Positions 20,834 through 31,110 of a stretch of DNA of 64,000 bases are shown here, piece by piece. The notes below the pieces were generated by a model, which was not told the DNA's origin, did no database searches, and was given only the letters and a program-made list of their open reading frames with translations. This DNA is from a virus. Its lineage: Duplodnaviria > Caudoviricetes. Location: the IMG/VR virus record IMGVR_UViG_3300010352_002815, positions 33,516 to 97,515 of that record. One strand, given 5' to 3'. The stretch's first letter is position 1. Each line of letters starts with the position of its first letter. Position numbers and translations under genes: made by a program.

Positions 20834-21160
20834 TTACTGGGTATCCGGAGATACACCAGAATCCTTGTAGCCGTTAATGGCAATTTGGTCGCCATCGACT
20901 TGCATGCCGGCAGCCAACTCAGTCACGGATACCATGGCACCGGTGGCAGTTTGAACAGCTTGACAGGCAGCCTTTAAGTTCTTGACTACGTGTTCGCCGT
21001 CTTCAATTGCCCAACCAGATGCTAGACCGCTGGACTGGCTTTCAATCATATAGGATTGTGTTCGTATAATCTGTTCATTGAACGCCTTAATAGTAGCATT
21101 CATCATGTCGACTAATACTTTAATGGTAGTATTGTTAACGTCTGCTAAAGTCTTTCCCAT
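20834..21160 (-). CDS. Hypothetical protein
   Basis: Start moved to MGKTLAD behind GGAG RBS. Confidence 0.5.
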   Translation of the reverse strand: MGKTLADVNNTTIKVLVDMMNATIKAFNEQIIRTQSYMIESQSSGLASGWAIEDGEHVVKNLKAACQAVQTATGAMVSVTELAAGMQVDGDQIAINGYKDSGVSPDTQ

Positions 21161-21191
21161 TTTATTTGTTCTCCATATATTTTTATTTTGT

Positions 21192-22175
21192 TTAACCATA
21201 TAATTTGAATATTCCTGTTTTATCGCCATTCCCTAAATCCCGGTCAATGCCATGATAATAACCATTCATGACCTGACCGGCCCGGTTGCTGGCGTATAGG
21301 TCGCATAATCCTAAGCTGTGCCCCAGTTCGTGCAGGGCAATTGACTGGAAGTCATATCCATTGCTCCCATCCATCGAGAAGGTATATTTGCTGTTGTAGG
21401 TGACATCCGTCTCCAGTATCTTATAGTATCCGTCCTCTTTTGCGCTGCTAAACCAGGTTCGAGCGAAGGCAATGCATGACGATGTGCTCGGCGCGAAGGC
21501 ATGAACTCGCATATTATCCCTCGTGTCAGACTTCGCCGTTGCACTCAACGCCACCGTATTGCTGTCCGCAAACAGTTCTTTGTTCGTAGCCGAATCCCAT
21601 ATTTCGGCATCCCGCCGGATTGCCTCGGCTACATTCGCTGCATTTAGGCCTTCTGCCCGGAGCAGGGCATCATCCTTAACAACGATTTGCATAGGGACGG
21701 CATCCTTGCTCAGCTTGTAGATTTTCAGAGCATAGGCGGAAGAAGACCCATCATTTGTAATGTATTCCGGACCTGCGAGTAATGCACTAAATTTTCCTTT
21801 TTCGGTTATAGCGTCTACTGACATCATAGTATCAGTCGATACTTCATCCATGATTTCCATATCAGATGCTACAACTGAACCAGTTATTCCGTTTTCTGAA
21901 GAAATTAATTCTCCATTAATATTATTATTTTCTGATTCTAATATAAATATTCCATTTTGGGTATTTTGAAGTATAGTATTATTTCCAGAACCGGAAAATT
22001 TTGTATTACCATTTATAGTACCTTCGGATAATTCTAAATTTTGAGAATACTCTAAAGAATTATCCAAAATTAAGTCATTAAATTGAGAATATCCTTCAGA
22101 TGAAATACTAATAGAAATACAATTAATGGGTGATATTAAGAAAACCATCAATATATAATAATAAAATTTAATCAT
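21192..22175 (-). CDS. Secreted matrixin-like (metzincin) zinc metalloprotease
   Basis: Signal peptide; YDFQSIALHELGHSLGLCD zinc motif; QVM Met-turn; LGNGDKTGIFKLYG end. Confidence 0.85.
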   Translation of the reverse strand: MIKFYYYILMVFLISPINCISISISSEGYSQFNDLILDNSLEYSQNLELSEGTINGNTKFSGSGNNTILQNTQNGIFILESENNNINGELISSENGITGSVVASDMEIMDEVSTDTMMSVDAITEKGKFSALLAGPEYITNDGSSSAYALKIYKLSKDAVPMQIVVKDDALLRAEGLNAANVAEAIRRDAEIWDSATNKELFADSNTVALSATAKSDTRDNMRVHAFAPSTSSCIAFARTWFSSAKEDGYYKILETDVTYNSKYTFSMDGSNGYDFQSIALHELGHSLGLCDLYASNRAGQVMNGYYHGIDRDLGNGDKTGIFKLYG

Positions 22176-22528
22176 TATAAGTCACTGCTTTTTAATGGAT
22201 ATAGTAAGAAGTGGCCAGATCCTGATATTTCGCCGGTCCCGGAAACCTTACCGTCATTATATAAAAATACTGCATCACCATCAACGGTCATTGTACCGCT
22301 ATTAACCATATCAGCATTTGGTCCAATATATCCCATAACGGTTTCGCCTGATTTGACAGTCCACGTTCGCCCTGATCCCAAGTTCATGTAAGAAACGGTA
22401 ACCATTTCGGCGCTGCGTCCCGACGTAAGTTGAACAATGTCTGACGGATCGTAACCCAAGTCCAAGTAACTCTGATATTCTGATAGGGTTAGTGATCCAG
22501 CTCTAAAAGCATCAATTAATCTGACCAT
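22175..22528 (-). CDS. Late protein with N-terminal AFRxG module
   Basis: Start moved to MVRLIDAFRAG behind GGAG; the longer track ORF would overlap the promoter. Confidence 0.6.
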   Translation of the reverse strand: MVRLIDAFRAGSLTLSEYQSYLDLGYDPSDIVQLTSGRSAEMVTVSYMNLGSGRTWTVKSGETVMGYIGPNADMVNSGTMTVDGDAVFLYNDGKVSGTGEISGSGHFLLYPLKSSDL

Positions 22529-22548
22529 ATTGTAACTCCAAGAAATTA

Positions 22549-22586
22549 TTATAATCAAATAATACAAACGTTTTTATTTTTTACGA
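22549..22586 (-). promoter_or_regulatory. Putative viral late promoter, copy 3
   Basis: Same motif and spacing; back-to-back with plus-strand ACCAAAAAGTAGTTAAA. Confidence 0.75.
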
Positions 22587-22640
22587 CTAACCAAAAAGTA
22601 GTTAAACTAGAAAGTAATATAATTGAATGAGGTAATTAGA

Positions 22641-23363
22641 ATGGAACAAAATGAAATTAACGAATCAATAACAATGCAAAAGACGGAAAATCAAATAATT
22701 TTCTATGGTAGGGATATAGGCATAATAGCAGGATACCTCTATCAATGCAAAGGAAATACCATACTATCAGAACTTACAAAGTGTGGTATTATATCAAAAC
22801 CAAAACATCGAAAAGTATTCATTGGCAATTTAAAAGTTGGTGATGTAGTATTACTAGAATCCGGAATATACGATTATGATCAAGTAATATTCGAAATAGC
22901 TGATGTTATCAACGTAAATCCACTAACGATACGCATTCGATCAGATAAAGATACAGATATTTATAATGCACTTGGTGTATGCAATGGGTTTATGATAGAA
23001 GAAAAATCAGTTGACCAAATGACAATAGAGTATTTTAAGCATTTGATTTTAACTATATCAACAAATAACGAATATGCTAGTTGCATTTCTGGAACTATTA
23101 ACAACCGGAAAATACAAGAAACAAAAAATAAAAATGCTCATATTATAGCAGAAGTTTCTGACGAAACTATTGCAAATCTAATAGTCAAAACATTTAACAA
23201 TCCTACGAACAGCCAAGCAAAATCTACTGCATTATATAATCCAGTTGTTCTAGCATATGAATCAGGTAATATAATAGCAACAAACGGAATGTCAGAATTT
23301 GATCGAAATTCTATCCGAATGTACGTATTAGGATTTAAAAATGCATTGAACGTGGTAGATTAA
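22641..23363 (+). CDS. Hypothetical early protein
   Basis: ATG behind GAGGT; promoter-like motif at 22590. Confidence 0.6.
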   Translation: MEQNEINESITMQKTENQIIFYGRDIGIIAGYLYQCKGNTILSELTKCGIISKPKHRKVFIGNLKVGDVVLLESGIYDYDQVIFEIADVINVNPLTIRIRSDKDTDIYNALGVCNGFMIEEKSVDQMTIEYFKHLILTISTNNEYASCISGTINNRKIQETKNKNAHIIAEVSDETIANLIVKTFNNPTNSQAKSTALYNPVVLAYESGNIIATNGMSEFDRNSIRMYVLGFKNALNVVD

Positions 23364-23432
23364 GATAGCACACCAAATATGCAAGGAGAACTAATATGTC
23401 AATAAATATGGAAATTTTTTGGAGTGATTTAA

Positions 23433-23615
23433 ATGCATTGTAAATATTGTAATTATAGATGGACATATTTTCTGACTAAAATAGTTAAAAAGGTTATATG
23501 TCCAAATTGTAAGAAAAAAGTAGCTATAGAAAAGGGCAATTTAATTTTAATAAGTAATAAATTATTAAAAAATAACGAAGATCCTAGAACGTTTATGGAA
23601 CGTACATATAAATAA
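23433..23615 (+). CDS. Small zinc-ribbon protein
   Basis: CKYC...CPNC; GGAGTGA RBS. Confidence 0.55.
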   Translation: MHCKYCNYRWTYFLTKIVKKVICPNCKKKVAIEKGNLILISNKLLKNNEDPRTFMERTYK

Positions 23616-23617
23616 TT

Positions 23618-24067
23618 TTATTCCTGGGTTACCAAAATAGGTGTTAAATAACTAACGTCCATGGAAATTGTTCCTATCCAACGAGCTTGTTCCGTTTCAA
23701 CAAGATTACTAGTAATTTTATTAATATAAATTTTATATTCAGACGTAGTTCGTTTTCTATGCCACGAAAACAACTCACAAATATCTTCGACTACTTGTCT
23801 ACAATGATTTTCATTGTGGCCATACGACGTCACTATCGTAATTTTTATCTGGACTTGCTTTTCATCCCAATCTCGGATCTGGCTAAAAAATGCACTGTCT
23901 CCATTATCAGAAACATATTCGATACCTAAACGGGTGTAATGTGGCTCTGTTAACGTAACAGGATCTCGTAATAGTCCAACATAAAATTTATTATCTGTTA
24001 GTTCAACAATCTCAGTATTTCCATGAAGTTCATCTAAAATAAATTGCAAAATAGGATTTATGGTCAT
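23618..24067 (-). CDS. Tail terminator-like neck protein
   Basis: Size, beta pattern and position after head-closure gene. Confidence 0.5.
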   Translation of the reverse strand: MTINPILQFILDELHGNTEIVELTDNKFYVGLLRDPVTLTEPHYTRLGIEYVSDNGDSAFFSQIRDWDEKQVQIKITIVTSYGHNENHCRQVVEDICELFSWHRKRTTSEYKIYINKITSNLVETEQARWIGTISMDVSYLTPILVTQE

Positions 24068-24688
24068 TTATGCATCTCCGTCCTGTTTTTTTACCACCCT
24101 AAAAGCATATTCTTGAGCAACATAACTAGGTGGCGTTGAAATATTTTCGAAGTCACTTATTGGAACAAATAATTGATCGTCATAACCTACTACACTCATT
24201 GTCATAGATTTGTCTAATGGGGTTGATCGTTCGCAACGGACATAATGAACTATTTTAGATCCTAGTCCTAATGAGTCAGCTTGAATTTGTGCAGACATTC
24301 CTCCGTGCTGGCCGAACTCTGCCTTATACGGTCCATAAGTTTGTTGCCACGTTATAGGCATTCCGACGGAATTGACAGCAGTCACGACTAATGTAGCATC
24401 TGTTTCGTAATAGTCGGATCTTAAACTAGTTAGAATGTCAAAAAAATTAGTAGTATATTGAGTTCCAGCTTCTGAAAATGACAATCGTTCTATTTTAGCA
24501 GTACCATTTAAACTACCAGCTATACGAATACGACATGCTTTATCAGCAGTCACTGCTAATTGAAAGTTCTCTGCCGTAGGATAACCCACTATGGTCATTG
24601 TAGCAGCGGCATCACCATTAAAGATTTCATTAATTTGTTTGTAAATGTATATAGAATGTGTATAACGTAGTCTTTTTGGATAAGGCAT
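24068..24688 (-). CDS. Head-closure-like protein
   Basis: YTHSIYIYK start; TAATG coupling to upstream adaptor gene. Confidence 0.5.
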   Translation of the reverse strand: MPYPKRLRYTHSIYIYKQINEIFNGDAAATMTIVGYPTAENFQLAVTADKACRIRIAGSLNGTAKIERLSFSEAGTQYTTNFFDILTSLRSDYYETDATLVVTAVNSVGMPITWQQTYGPYKAEFGQHGGMSAQIQADSLGLGSKIVHYVRCERSTPLDKSMTMSVVGYDDQLFVPISDFENISTPPSYVAQEYAFRVVKKQDGDA

Positions 24689-25536
24689 TACGACCACTCT
24701 GCGTTTTCTCCGGCATCATAACCATTGTCGTCAACTTCGTTTTCGTCAAAACCACCTTCGAACTGATTATAAGACGGTATGAGAGTACGTTTCCATCTAT
24801 TGGGATAATTAACAGCATCTTTGATTCTAACCATTTCAACGGCAGCACCACGACTACAAGACACTGCAGACAAGTTAGCCGAAGTTGCTATAGAATTAAA
24901 TAATTTTTCAAATGCTTCCCTTGGTCCTGTTTTTTCACCCCTTGAAAATGACACACCAGGAGCCTGGCTTTGGCTTCTAAATGACCAGTCCGGATTGCCC
25001 ATTTCGAAGTAATCTGCGACTAAATGACACATCAATGCGCTATATTGAGCATCTGTTAAATATTCAGAAGATACTGACCTCATAGCAAGTAAATTATTTA
25101 ATTCACTTTCCGCAAGATCCTTATAAACATTAAACGAATCATATAGAATATCAGCTTCTTCATTATCATCAATAGCTGCTTCAGACGACGTTTGAACTGT
25201 CAAAAATCTATAATACACTCCAAACAATTGTATTAATTTATCAACGCCTGATTTCGTACTATTAGGATCCAGTACTTCAATAGTAGCAACTTCGCCTAAA
25301 TGTTTTGAAGTTCCTATTTCAATATAAGCCCGTAAATAATAAACACCAATTTCGTCTAGGTCACTAGCTGTCGCAGTATATGTAATTTCTTGAGTACTTT
25401 CGTATTGGGTTGCTACCCAAGTATCAGATGTACCAGACGGCCTAATAACCTGAATATTAATTAATGTAGCTCCAGATAATGAAATACTAGTATCCATACG
25501 TATTTCGACATCTGATTCGCCTAAAAATATTGTCAT
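24688..25536 (-). CDS. Head-tail adaptor with N-terminal Ig-like domain
   Basis: SLSGAT...RPSGT...ITYT...DLDEIGVY N-domain plus helical connector (SQSQAPGVSFSR). Confidence 0.5.
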   Translation of the reverse strand: MTIFLGESDVEIRMDTSISLSGATLINIQVIRPSGTSDTWVATQYESTQEITYTATASDLDEIGVYYLRAYIEIGTSKHLGEVATIEVLDPNSTKSGVDKLIQLFGVYYRFLTVQTSSEAAIDDNEEADILYDSFNVYKDLAESELNNLLAMRSVSSEYLTDAQYSALMCHLVADYFEMGNPDWSFRSQSQAPGVSFSRGEKTGPREAFEKLFNSIATSANLSAVSCSRGAAVEMVRIKDAVNYPNRWKRTLIPSYNQFEGGFDENEVDDNGYDAGENAEWS

Positions 25537-25544
25537 AATTCACC

Positions 25545-26507
25545 TTAATAAGATTTTATTTTTTCTAAAAGTTGTTTAGAATATGATTTCAGAATAGTTA
25601 TTTTTATATCACAATATGATTTTATAATATTAATATTTTTATATAAATAATTAAATATTGTTAATAAATTAGAATTACTGCTTACACAACTATATAAACT
25701 TATATTATTTTTTAATGTTGATAAAATACAACTATTACTATTTAATACATTTAACGGTAATTCAAATAAAACTGTCCATCTAGACACTAAATTGTTTTGT
25801 GTATTAATACTACCAATAATATTATTCAATCTACTTAATAACAGATTACTTGTAATTGAAGAAATCACATTTGAATATATATAAAAATTTTTTAATAAAT
25901 ACGTATTTATTATAGTATTATTTGAAATTACCGCCGTCAGATTACATAATAAATTTATTATATTATTTAGATAAATATTATTTGATATAAGTCCACTTAT
26001 TGAAATATTATTATTTAATATATTATTGACATTTATTGTATTACTAAGGATAACAGAACATATATTCATATATAAGTTACATATATTAATTATTATAGTA
26101 TTATTAATAATATTACTACGTAACTTAATATCACATAACATTATATTAATTAAATTATTTCTATTTTCAATTGTACTATATAATAATTTAAAAACATTTA
26201 ATGAATTCGCATAACTATTATTACTATTTATAATGCCATATAGCATTTTTGAAATATTTGATACTCCAAATATGTTTAATACGCTATTTACGCAGGACCT
26301 AACATTTTGCAAAATATTTAAATTGCTTTCATATAAAGAATACACACAAACATTACCAATAATGTTTTTTAATACCAAAATTTCATTATCAGATACGCTC
26401 AAACTATAAACAGTACCACTTAATTCCGCTATATCAGCATTAGATGCTAAGCCACACGAAACTGGCGCTATTTGCTGTTTTCTTCCTAAAGGTGTAGGAG
26501 AGGTCAT
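25545..26507 (-). CDS. Asn/Ile-rich repetitive protein, possibly decaying
   Basis: 320-aa open frame despite very low GC (9/60 in 25981-26040). Confidence 0.5.
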   Translation of the reverse strand: MTSPTPLGRKQQIAPVSCGLASNADIAELSGTVYSLSVSDNEILVLKNIIGNVCVYSLYESNLNILQNVRSCVNSVLNIFGVSNISKMLYGIINSNNSYANSLNVFKLLYSTIENRNNLINIMLCDIKLRSNIINNTIIINICNLYMNICSVILSNTINVNNILNNNISISGLISNNIYLNNIINLLCNLTAVISNNTIINTYLLKNFYIYSNVISSITSNLLLSRLNNIIGSINTQNNLVSRWTVLFELPLNVLNSNSCILSTLKNNISLYSCVSSNSNLLTIFNYLYKNINIIKSYCDIKITILKSYSKQLLEKIKSY

Positions 26508-26518
26508 TTAGCCTTCCA

Positions 26519-27073
26519 TTACGTATGAATAGTTCTAGTGTATACGTCGGTCATCGAAGGCGAGCCACTAGAATCAGTTAAATCAAACCTAAATAGTTCC
26601 GTAGCATTATCTGATGCATATACTATTAGTTGATTAGACGTTACGGTCATCTTACCGCCTAACGATGATACTAAGTTACCTACTGTACCTGCTGTTAAGT
26701 GACCAGATACTGCGTGATTTAATAATGCTTCAGCGTTTTCTGATGCAGTTGGAAAACCATCTTGTAACCTAAAACGGAAAATTTCGGTGCCGACTACAGA
26801 AATTCCGTCTACTGTACCAGCAGAAATTACAGCAGAAAAATCATGTCCGTTAGCATAAAAAGTACCATCTTGGCTAGTATCAACTTTTACATTATGCAGA
26901 CCAGTTTTACTATCAAAATCTACAGTTAAAGTTATCCCAGAATCGTCTTCCGTGGTGCTATCATCCTTGTAAATTTTAATGGATGGTGTACCCGCTAAAG
27001 TAATTGGTGTACCATCATCTTGATGTGTGTTAAAATTTCTATAAATAATAGATCCAGCTTCATATGAATCCAT
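26519..27073 (-). CDS. Putative virion protein
   Basis: FNTHQDDGTPITLAGTP...GITLTVDFDSKTGLH; in structural operon. Confidence 0.55.
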   Translation of the reverse strand: MDSYEAGSIIYRNFNTHQDDGTPITLAGTPSIKIYKDDSTTEDDSGITLTVDFDSKTGLHNVKVDTSQDGTFYANGHDFSAVISAGTVDGISVVGTEIFRFRLQDGFPTASENAEALLNHAVSGHLTAGTVGNLVSSLGGKMTVTSNQLIVYASDNATELFRFDLTDSSGSPSMTDVYTRTIHT

Positions 27074-27074
27074 G

Positions 27075-27593
27075 CTAAACCACCTTGCTAATTAACGGAT
27101 TACAACTTATTAATCCTGATCCTATTAATGGTATATTCGATGTACTATATACAGCTATGCACAAAACTGTGTTAGTATCTTCGCCGGCCCATGTCTCTGG
27201 TATATTATCTGGAAAAGGATAATCATCTAATGAACCACCCGGTGCTTCTGTATTATAGACAATACTTCCAGATAAACTTTTCATCTGTATAGAACAATAA
27301 TTTCCTTCGTGACATGGTATTTGAGCAATATAGTAAGTTTGGCCTTCTGTTATAGTTTGCCCTGTTCCAATACTTACTACATGCCAACCAGCAACATCTT
27401 CTACGTCAACTTCCGCTAATAAATCAGATGAATTATATATCGCAAATCTACTGCCACAAGTCCCTGCATCAGGAAAATTAAAACCAATTTTGGCTAATAC
27501 GCCAGATCCAACTGCAACAAACGGACAAAAAACTGCGCCCCAATTAAAAACTAAGTTTGCACCAGCGTAATCTGGGTATCCAAAAAGTTGCAT
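27075..27593 (-). CDS. Beta-sandwich putative virion protein
   Basis: RFAIY...GWH...ITEGQTYYIA pattern. Confidence 0.45.
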   Translation of the reverse strand: MQLFGYPDYAGANLVFNWGAVFCPFVAVGSGVLAKIGFNFPDAGTCGSRFAIYNSSDLLAEVDVEDVAGWHVVSIGTGQTITEGQTYYIAQIPCHEGNYCSIQMKSLSGSIVYNTEAPGGSLDDYPFPDNIPETWAGEDTNTVLCIAVYSTSNIPLIGSGLISCNPLISKVV

Positions 27594-27594
27594 G

Positions 27595-28056
27595 TTACTC
27601 CATGGTAATATAAAGATTCTTTACTGAACCATCGCCAGCAAACATTTCCACACGATAAATTTCAGTATTATTGTTTCTTAATGTACCAGAATCGTCTCGA
27701 AGTGGTGCAGCACCTTTCCATTCGCCATCTATTGTCCAGTCCATACGACTATCAGAAAAATTTAATACTACGCAACAATCATACCATTTATTTAATTGAT
27801 ACGTTGTTGGTTGTGGTAATGATTTAGGTAACGACCATCCACCAGGATAATATTGGAATTCCAAACTATTTGACATAGTAGGACCTACCAAGAAAGGTTG
27901 AATATTCGTATAATCATTATTTGTTAATATGTTTCCAATATATGCATAGTCGTTAATACCAGACATCATTAAATCGAAGTCATACGTTATTTTTTCAATA
28001 GCTTGTACGTTACTAATAGTTAATAATAACAATAATAATAATATAATATTTTTCAT
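27595..28056 (-). CDS. Secreted protein, lectin-like fold possible
   Basis: Signal peptide MKNIILLLLLLLTISNVQA; LNKWY...WTIDG. Confidence 0.5.
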   Translation of the reverse strand: MKNIILLLLLLLTISNVQAIEKITYDFDLMMSGINDYAYIGNILTNNDYTNIQPFLVGPTMSNSLEFQYYPGGWSLPKSLPQPTTYQLNKWYDCCVVLNFSDSRMDWTIDGEWKGAAPLRDDSGTLRNNNTEIYRVEMFAGDGSVKNLYITME

Positions 28057-28078
28057 GTTTACCTCATTATACTTTTAT

Positions 28079-28507
28079 TTATGTAGTTGGTGTTATACTG
28101 ATATCTAATGCTCCAGCAGCAAAACTAGGTGTATCACCATCGGTAATAGTTTTTTCGACTGTCAACGTACCAAATGCAATAGTGTGCGTAGATCCCAATG
28201 TCGCACTATCACTTATAAAGAACGTATCTAATGTACCCCATGAACCAGAAGCCGTTGCAAATGTTATGACTGCTTTATTATCTACTAATCCATTTGATGG
28301 TGTATTCCATAAATTGGTGTCGTTGGTTATTGATTTTCTAGCGTAATTGGAAACACCAATTGTTGGTTCTCCTGTTATCGTACCATCTGCTGCAACTGAC
28401 GTACATAATCCAAAATATAGCGTTGCAGGAGCTGATAATACAGTTCCACCAAATAATTCTCCAAGTATGGAATCCGACCATGTCGTACAAAATCCAGATG
28501 CTACCAT
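28079..28507 (-). CDS. Conserved small virion/tail protein
   Basis: LYFGLCT, YARKSIT, ITFATASGSWGT, GDTPSFAAGALDI motifs. Confidence 0.7.
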   Translation of the reverse strand: MVASGFCTTWSDSILGELFGGTVLSAPATLYFGLCTSVAADGTITGEPTIGVSNYARKSITNDTNLWNTPSNGLVDNKAVITFATASGSWGTLDTFFISDSATLGSTHTIAFGTLTVEKTITDGDTPSFAAGALDISITPTT

Positions 28508-28623
28508 TATTTATCACGAATCCTGAAAAGTATTTTAAATAAAAGTTTTTCTATAAATGATTGTTTATGACCGTTTCTAATAATCATATTAGCATGGCCA
28601 CTTAACGGAACAATTCTAGTCAC

Positions 28624-28660
28624 TTTAATCAAATAATAGAAAACTATTTTATTTTTACGA
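28624..28660 (-). promoter_or_regulatory. Putative viral late promoter, copy 4
   Basis: TCGTAAAA...TTATTTGATTA; heads the 28507-23618 operon. Confidence 0.7.
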
Positions 28661-28663
28661 CTA

Positions 28664-28680
28664 ACCAAAAAGTATATAAA
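28664..28680 (+). promoter_or_regulatory. BRE-TATA promoter (ACCAAAAAGTATATAAA)
   Basis: Upstream of ATP-grasp gene; abuts late promoter. Confidence 0.7.
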
Positions 28681-28714
28681 GTCTAGTTATAATAAGTAGT
28701 ACGAAGTGAATTAA

Positions 28715-29461
28715 ATGGAAATCTTAGGATGTCGACCAAGCCGAATAACCGGTAAGGCATTAGCAAACCGTTTGCAAGCTCGATACATAGAAGAAAGACC
28801 GCAGTCAGAACTAGTAATTCGATACGGAAATGGCTATAGTAGGGATCCGTCTAGTGGAACCATAATCAACAAACAAGAAGCTGTTGCGCTTTCGAGTAAC
28901 AAACCTTTATGCAAACAAAGATTACTCGAAAACGACATTCGAACTCCTCGATATTATAGTTTCGAAGATGCTCAACAATACCTTGCTACGTCTGGTCGAA
29001 AGCTTGTAGTCCGAAGAAATGGTCATAGTCAAGGTCGATGGTTCTATGTAGTTGAGAGTCCTAGACAACTTTCTAGGTACGATCCATCTAGACATTACGT
29101 CCAAGAACTTGTCAACAAAATCGATGAATACCGACTATTTGTCATGAAAGACAGAATCATCGAAGCCGACCTCAAGGAACCCCCAGCAGAAAATCCAAAT
29201 GCCCTTATCCGTAATCACACCCACGGAAGCTTCTTTAGGTGGGTCCGTGTCAGTTCGTTAGATCCTGAACTTAAAAATATGGTTAGACGATCTGTTAAAG
29301 ATGTCGTTGGTCTTGACTTCGCTGCAGTAGACTGCGCAACAATCAGATTACCTGATGGTAGGACTTCATCAACGATATTTGAGATTAATTCGGCTCCTGG
29401 CCTCATAGACCGTAAGTTAGACCTATTTGTTAACAAGCTCCACGAACTATACGATATCTAA
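28715..29461 (+). CDS. RimK-like ATP-grasp ligase
   Basis: SNKPLC, GHSQGRW, YVQE, EYRLFV, GLDFAAVD, IFEINSAPG motifs. Confidence 0.88.
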   Translation: MEILGCRPSRITGKALANRLQARYIEERPQSELVIRYGNGYSRDPSSGTIINKQEAVALSSNKPLCKQRLLENDIRTPRYYSFEDAQQYLATSGRKLVVRRNGHSQGRWFYVVESPRQLSRYDPSRHYVQELVNKIDEYRLFVMKDRIIEADLKEPPAENPNALIRNHTHGSFFRWVRVSSLDPELKNMVRRSVKDVVGLDFAAVDCATIRLPDGRTSSTIFEINSAPGLIDRKLDLFVNKLHELYDI

Positions 29462-29665
29462 GAAGGCCTATTTTTGAATATTTTTTTAGAATTATTTTCA
29501 CTTATTATATGGTCCGCATTATGTCTAGGACTCATGTTAACGAATCATGCTGCACTGGGTCTTATTGCAATGTTTATAGGTTATGTATTATTAGCATTTC
29601 ATGATATATATAAAAATGCATTAGACCAAAAACTACTTAAACCATAACAGCTATTATAGTATCGT

Positions 29666-29824
29666 ATGATAACAATAGACGAAGAAGAGTTAGCCAAGGA
29701 AATTGCTGGGCATAATGGATATAGACCGAAACCAAAAAATATGTCATTAGCAAGCTGGTCGATGGGTCAAAGACAGATTGCTCAGGCTAAAGCTCAAGGC
29801 AGATGGCGAGGAAACAACTATTGA
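29666..29824 (+). CDS. Small early protein (52 aa)
   Basis: Own translation MITIDEEELAKEIAGHNGYRPKP...; leaderless behind ACCAAAAACTACTTAAA at 29625. Confidence 0.55.
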   Translation: MITIDEEELAKEIAGHNGYRPKPKNMSLASWSMGQRQIAQAKAQGRWRGNNY

Positions 29825-29959
29825 GGAAGTGATATTTTGCCTAATTTTTTGGAACGAATAGAATACTTTTTCTGGAAGAGAACAAAAAACTTGATCATTT
29901 AACAGAAGAACTTAAAAAAATATTAAATTGTTCTAATACTAAATAATTAAGAGTTATTT

Positions 29960-30250
29960 TTATTTTTCATATTCTTCCAAGACTTTTCTTTCCAATAATA
30001 GCCACTTTTCTTCAAAGTCAATATTATGATTATTATTACCATTTAGGACATGAAGCATCTCGTGACTGATAGCCTTAATAATCATGTCCTCCGTTTTCGT
30101 TAATTTCATATTAAGTATTATATTTACTTCACTATCATCAAATTCTACGCCAGCTACTTGATCGTCACTTAACTCAGTGGAAGAATGTATGCGGACAGTT
30201 CGCCCGCACAATCCTTCACAGATTCGCTTCAGTCGTATCCATTTGATCAT
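29960..30250 (-). CDS. Small zincin (SprT-like) metallopeptidase
   Basis: ISHEMLHV...HNIDF motif. Confidence 0.7.
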   Translation of the reverse strand: MIKWIRLKRICEGLCGRTVRIHSSTELSDDQVAGVEFDDSEVNIILNMKLTKTEDMIIKAISHEMLHVLNGNNNHNIDFEEKWLLLERKVLEEYEK

Positions 30251-30298
30251 AAAATACCTTTTTATTCGTATATCGATATATTATGAACATTAAGTCTT

Positions 30299-31075
30299 CT
30301 ACGGCAAGGCAACATTTTGTTCTTTCTGACCGCAGTATTCTGGGTAGAATTCTTTGCAATATTCGTCCCAGTCCTCGTCGGACATGTCTTTGATGTTTTT
30401 TCCGTGAAATTTTTCCTGGTTTTGCCAGTAAGTCCCTCCTTGCTGATTACCAGCCAGACAAGAATTCTTACCGCCGTTATACCGATAAGTCACCCACTTA
30501 TAGGCATTATTACTGAAGAATATTCCGTTATCAAATTCGAAGTGACCCCACCTAATAATACGACCGTCTGGCTGTACCTTAACGAACTTTCCGCTAAGGA
30601 CTTCCAGGATTTCGTCGCCAACGTTTGGTAATGATGCCATGATAGCCGCAACCCTAGTATCATTCATTGGGCCTTTTGGCATTCCTGGAATTTGTCCAGA
30701 CGTTACCATGTTAACTAGGAGGGTCTTCCAATCACCCATAACGCCATTATGGAAGAGTACTGACTTTTCAGTGTCTTCTTCGACTGCCAACTCGGACATC
30801 GGAGTCATTACAAATGGATGGGTCATTTCCCGGCTGACATCGCCGCTAGTGGCTGTCCTGAAATGAACAACATGCGATACGAAGTCCGCGTTCTCTGCCT
30901 TAAAACCATTATAAAATTCCAGGAAATTTTCGAGAGTCATAAACCCCTTTCGAACTCGAACCTTACCTCCAGGTATTAACCATGCCATACCTACACCATC
31001 CGAATTCGATTGAAAGCAATTAGTGATTTCTTGGTCTGTTAGATGTCTATCTCTAGCTATTGCGATTATACACAT
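30299..31075 (-). CDS. Class II (Ntn) glutamine amidotransferase
   Basis: Cys2 (MCII), NSDGVG, HFRTATSG, THPF, FHNG, NDTR motifs. Confidence 0.9.
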   Translation of the reverse strand: MCIIAIARDRHLTDQEITNCFQSNSDGVGMAWLIPGGKVRVRKGFMTLENFLEFYNGFKAENADFVSHVVHFRTATSGDVSREMTHPFVMTPMSELAVEEDTEKSVLFHNGVMGDWKTLLVNMVTSGQIPGMPKGPMNDTRVAAIMASLPNVGDEILEVLSGKFVKVQPDGRIIRWGHFEFDNGIFFSNNAYKWVTYRYNGGKNSCLAGNQQGGTYWQNQEKFHGKNIKDMSDEDWDEYCKEFYPEYCGQKEQNVALP

Positions 31076-31110
31076 TTCAAATTAACCTCCATTAAGTTCT
31101 TTTTAGCCTT

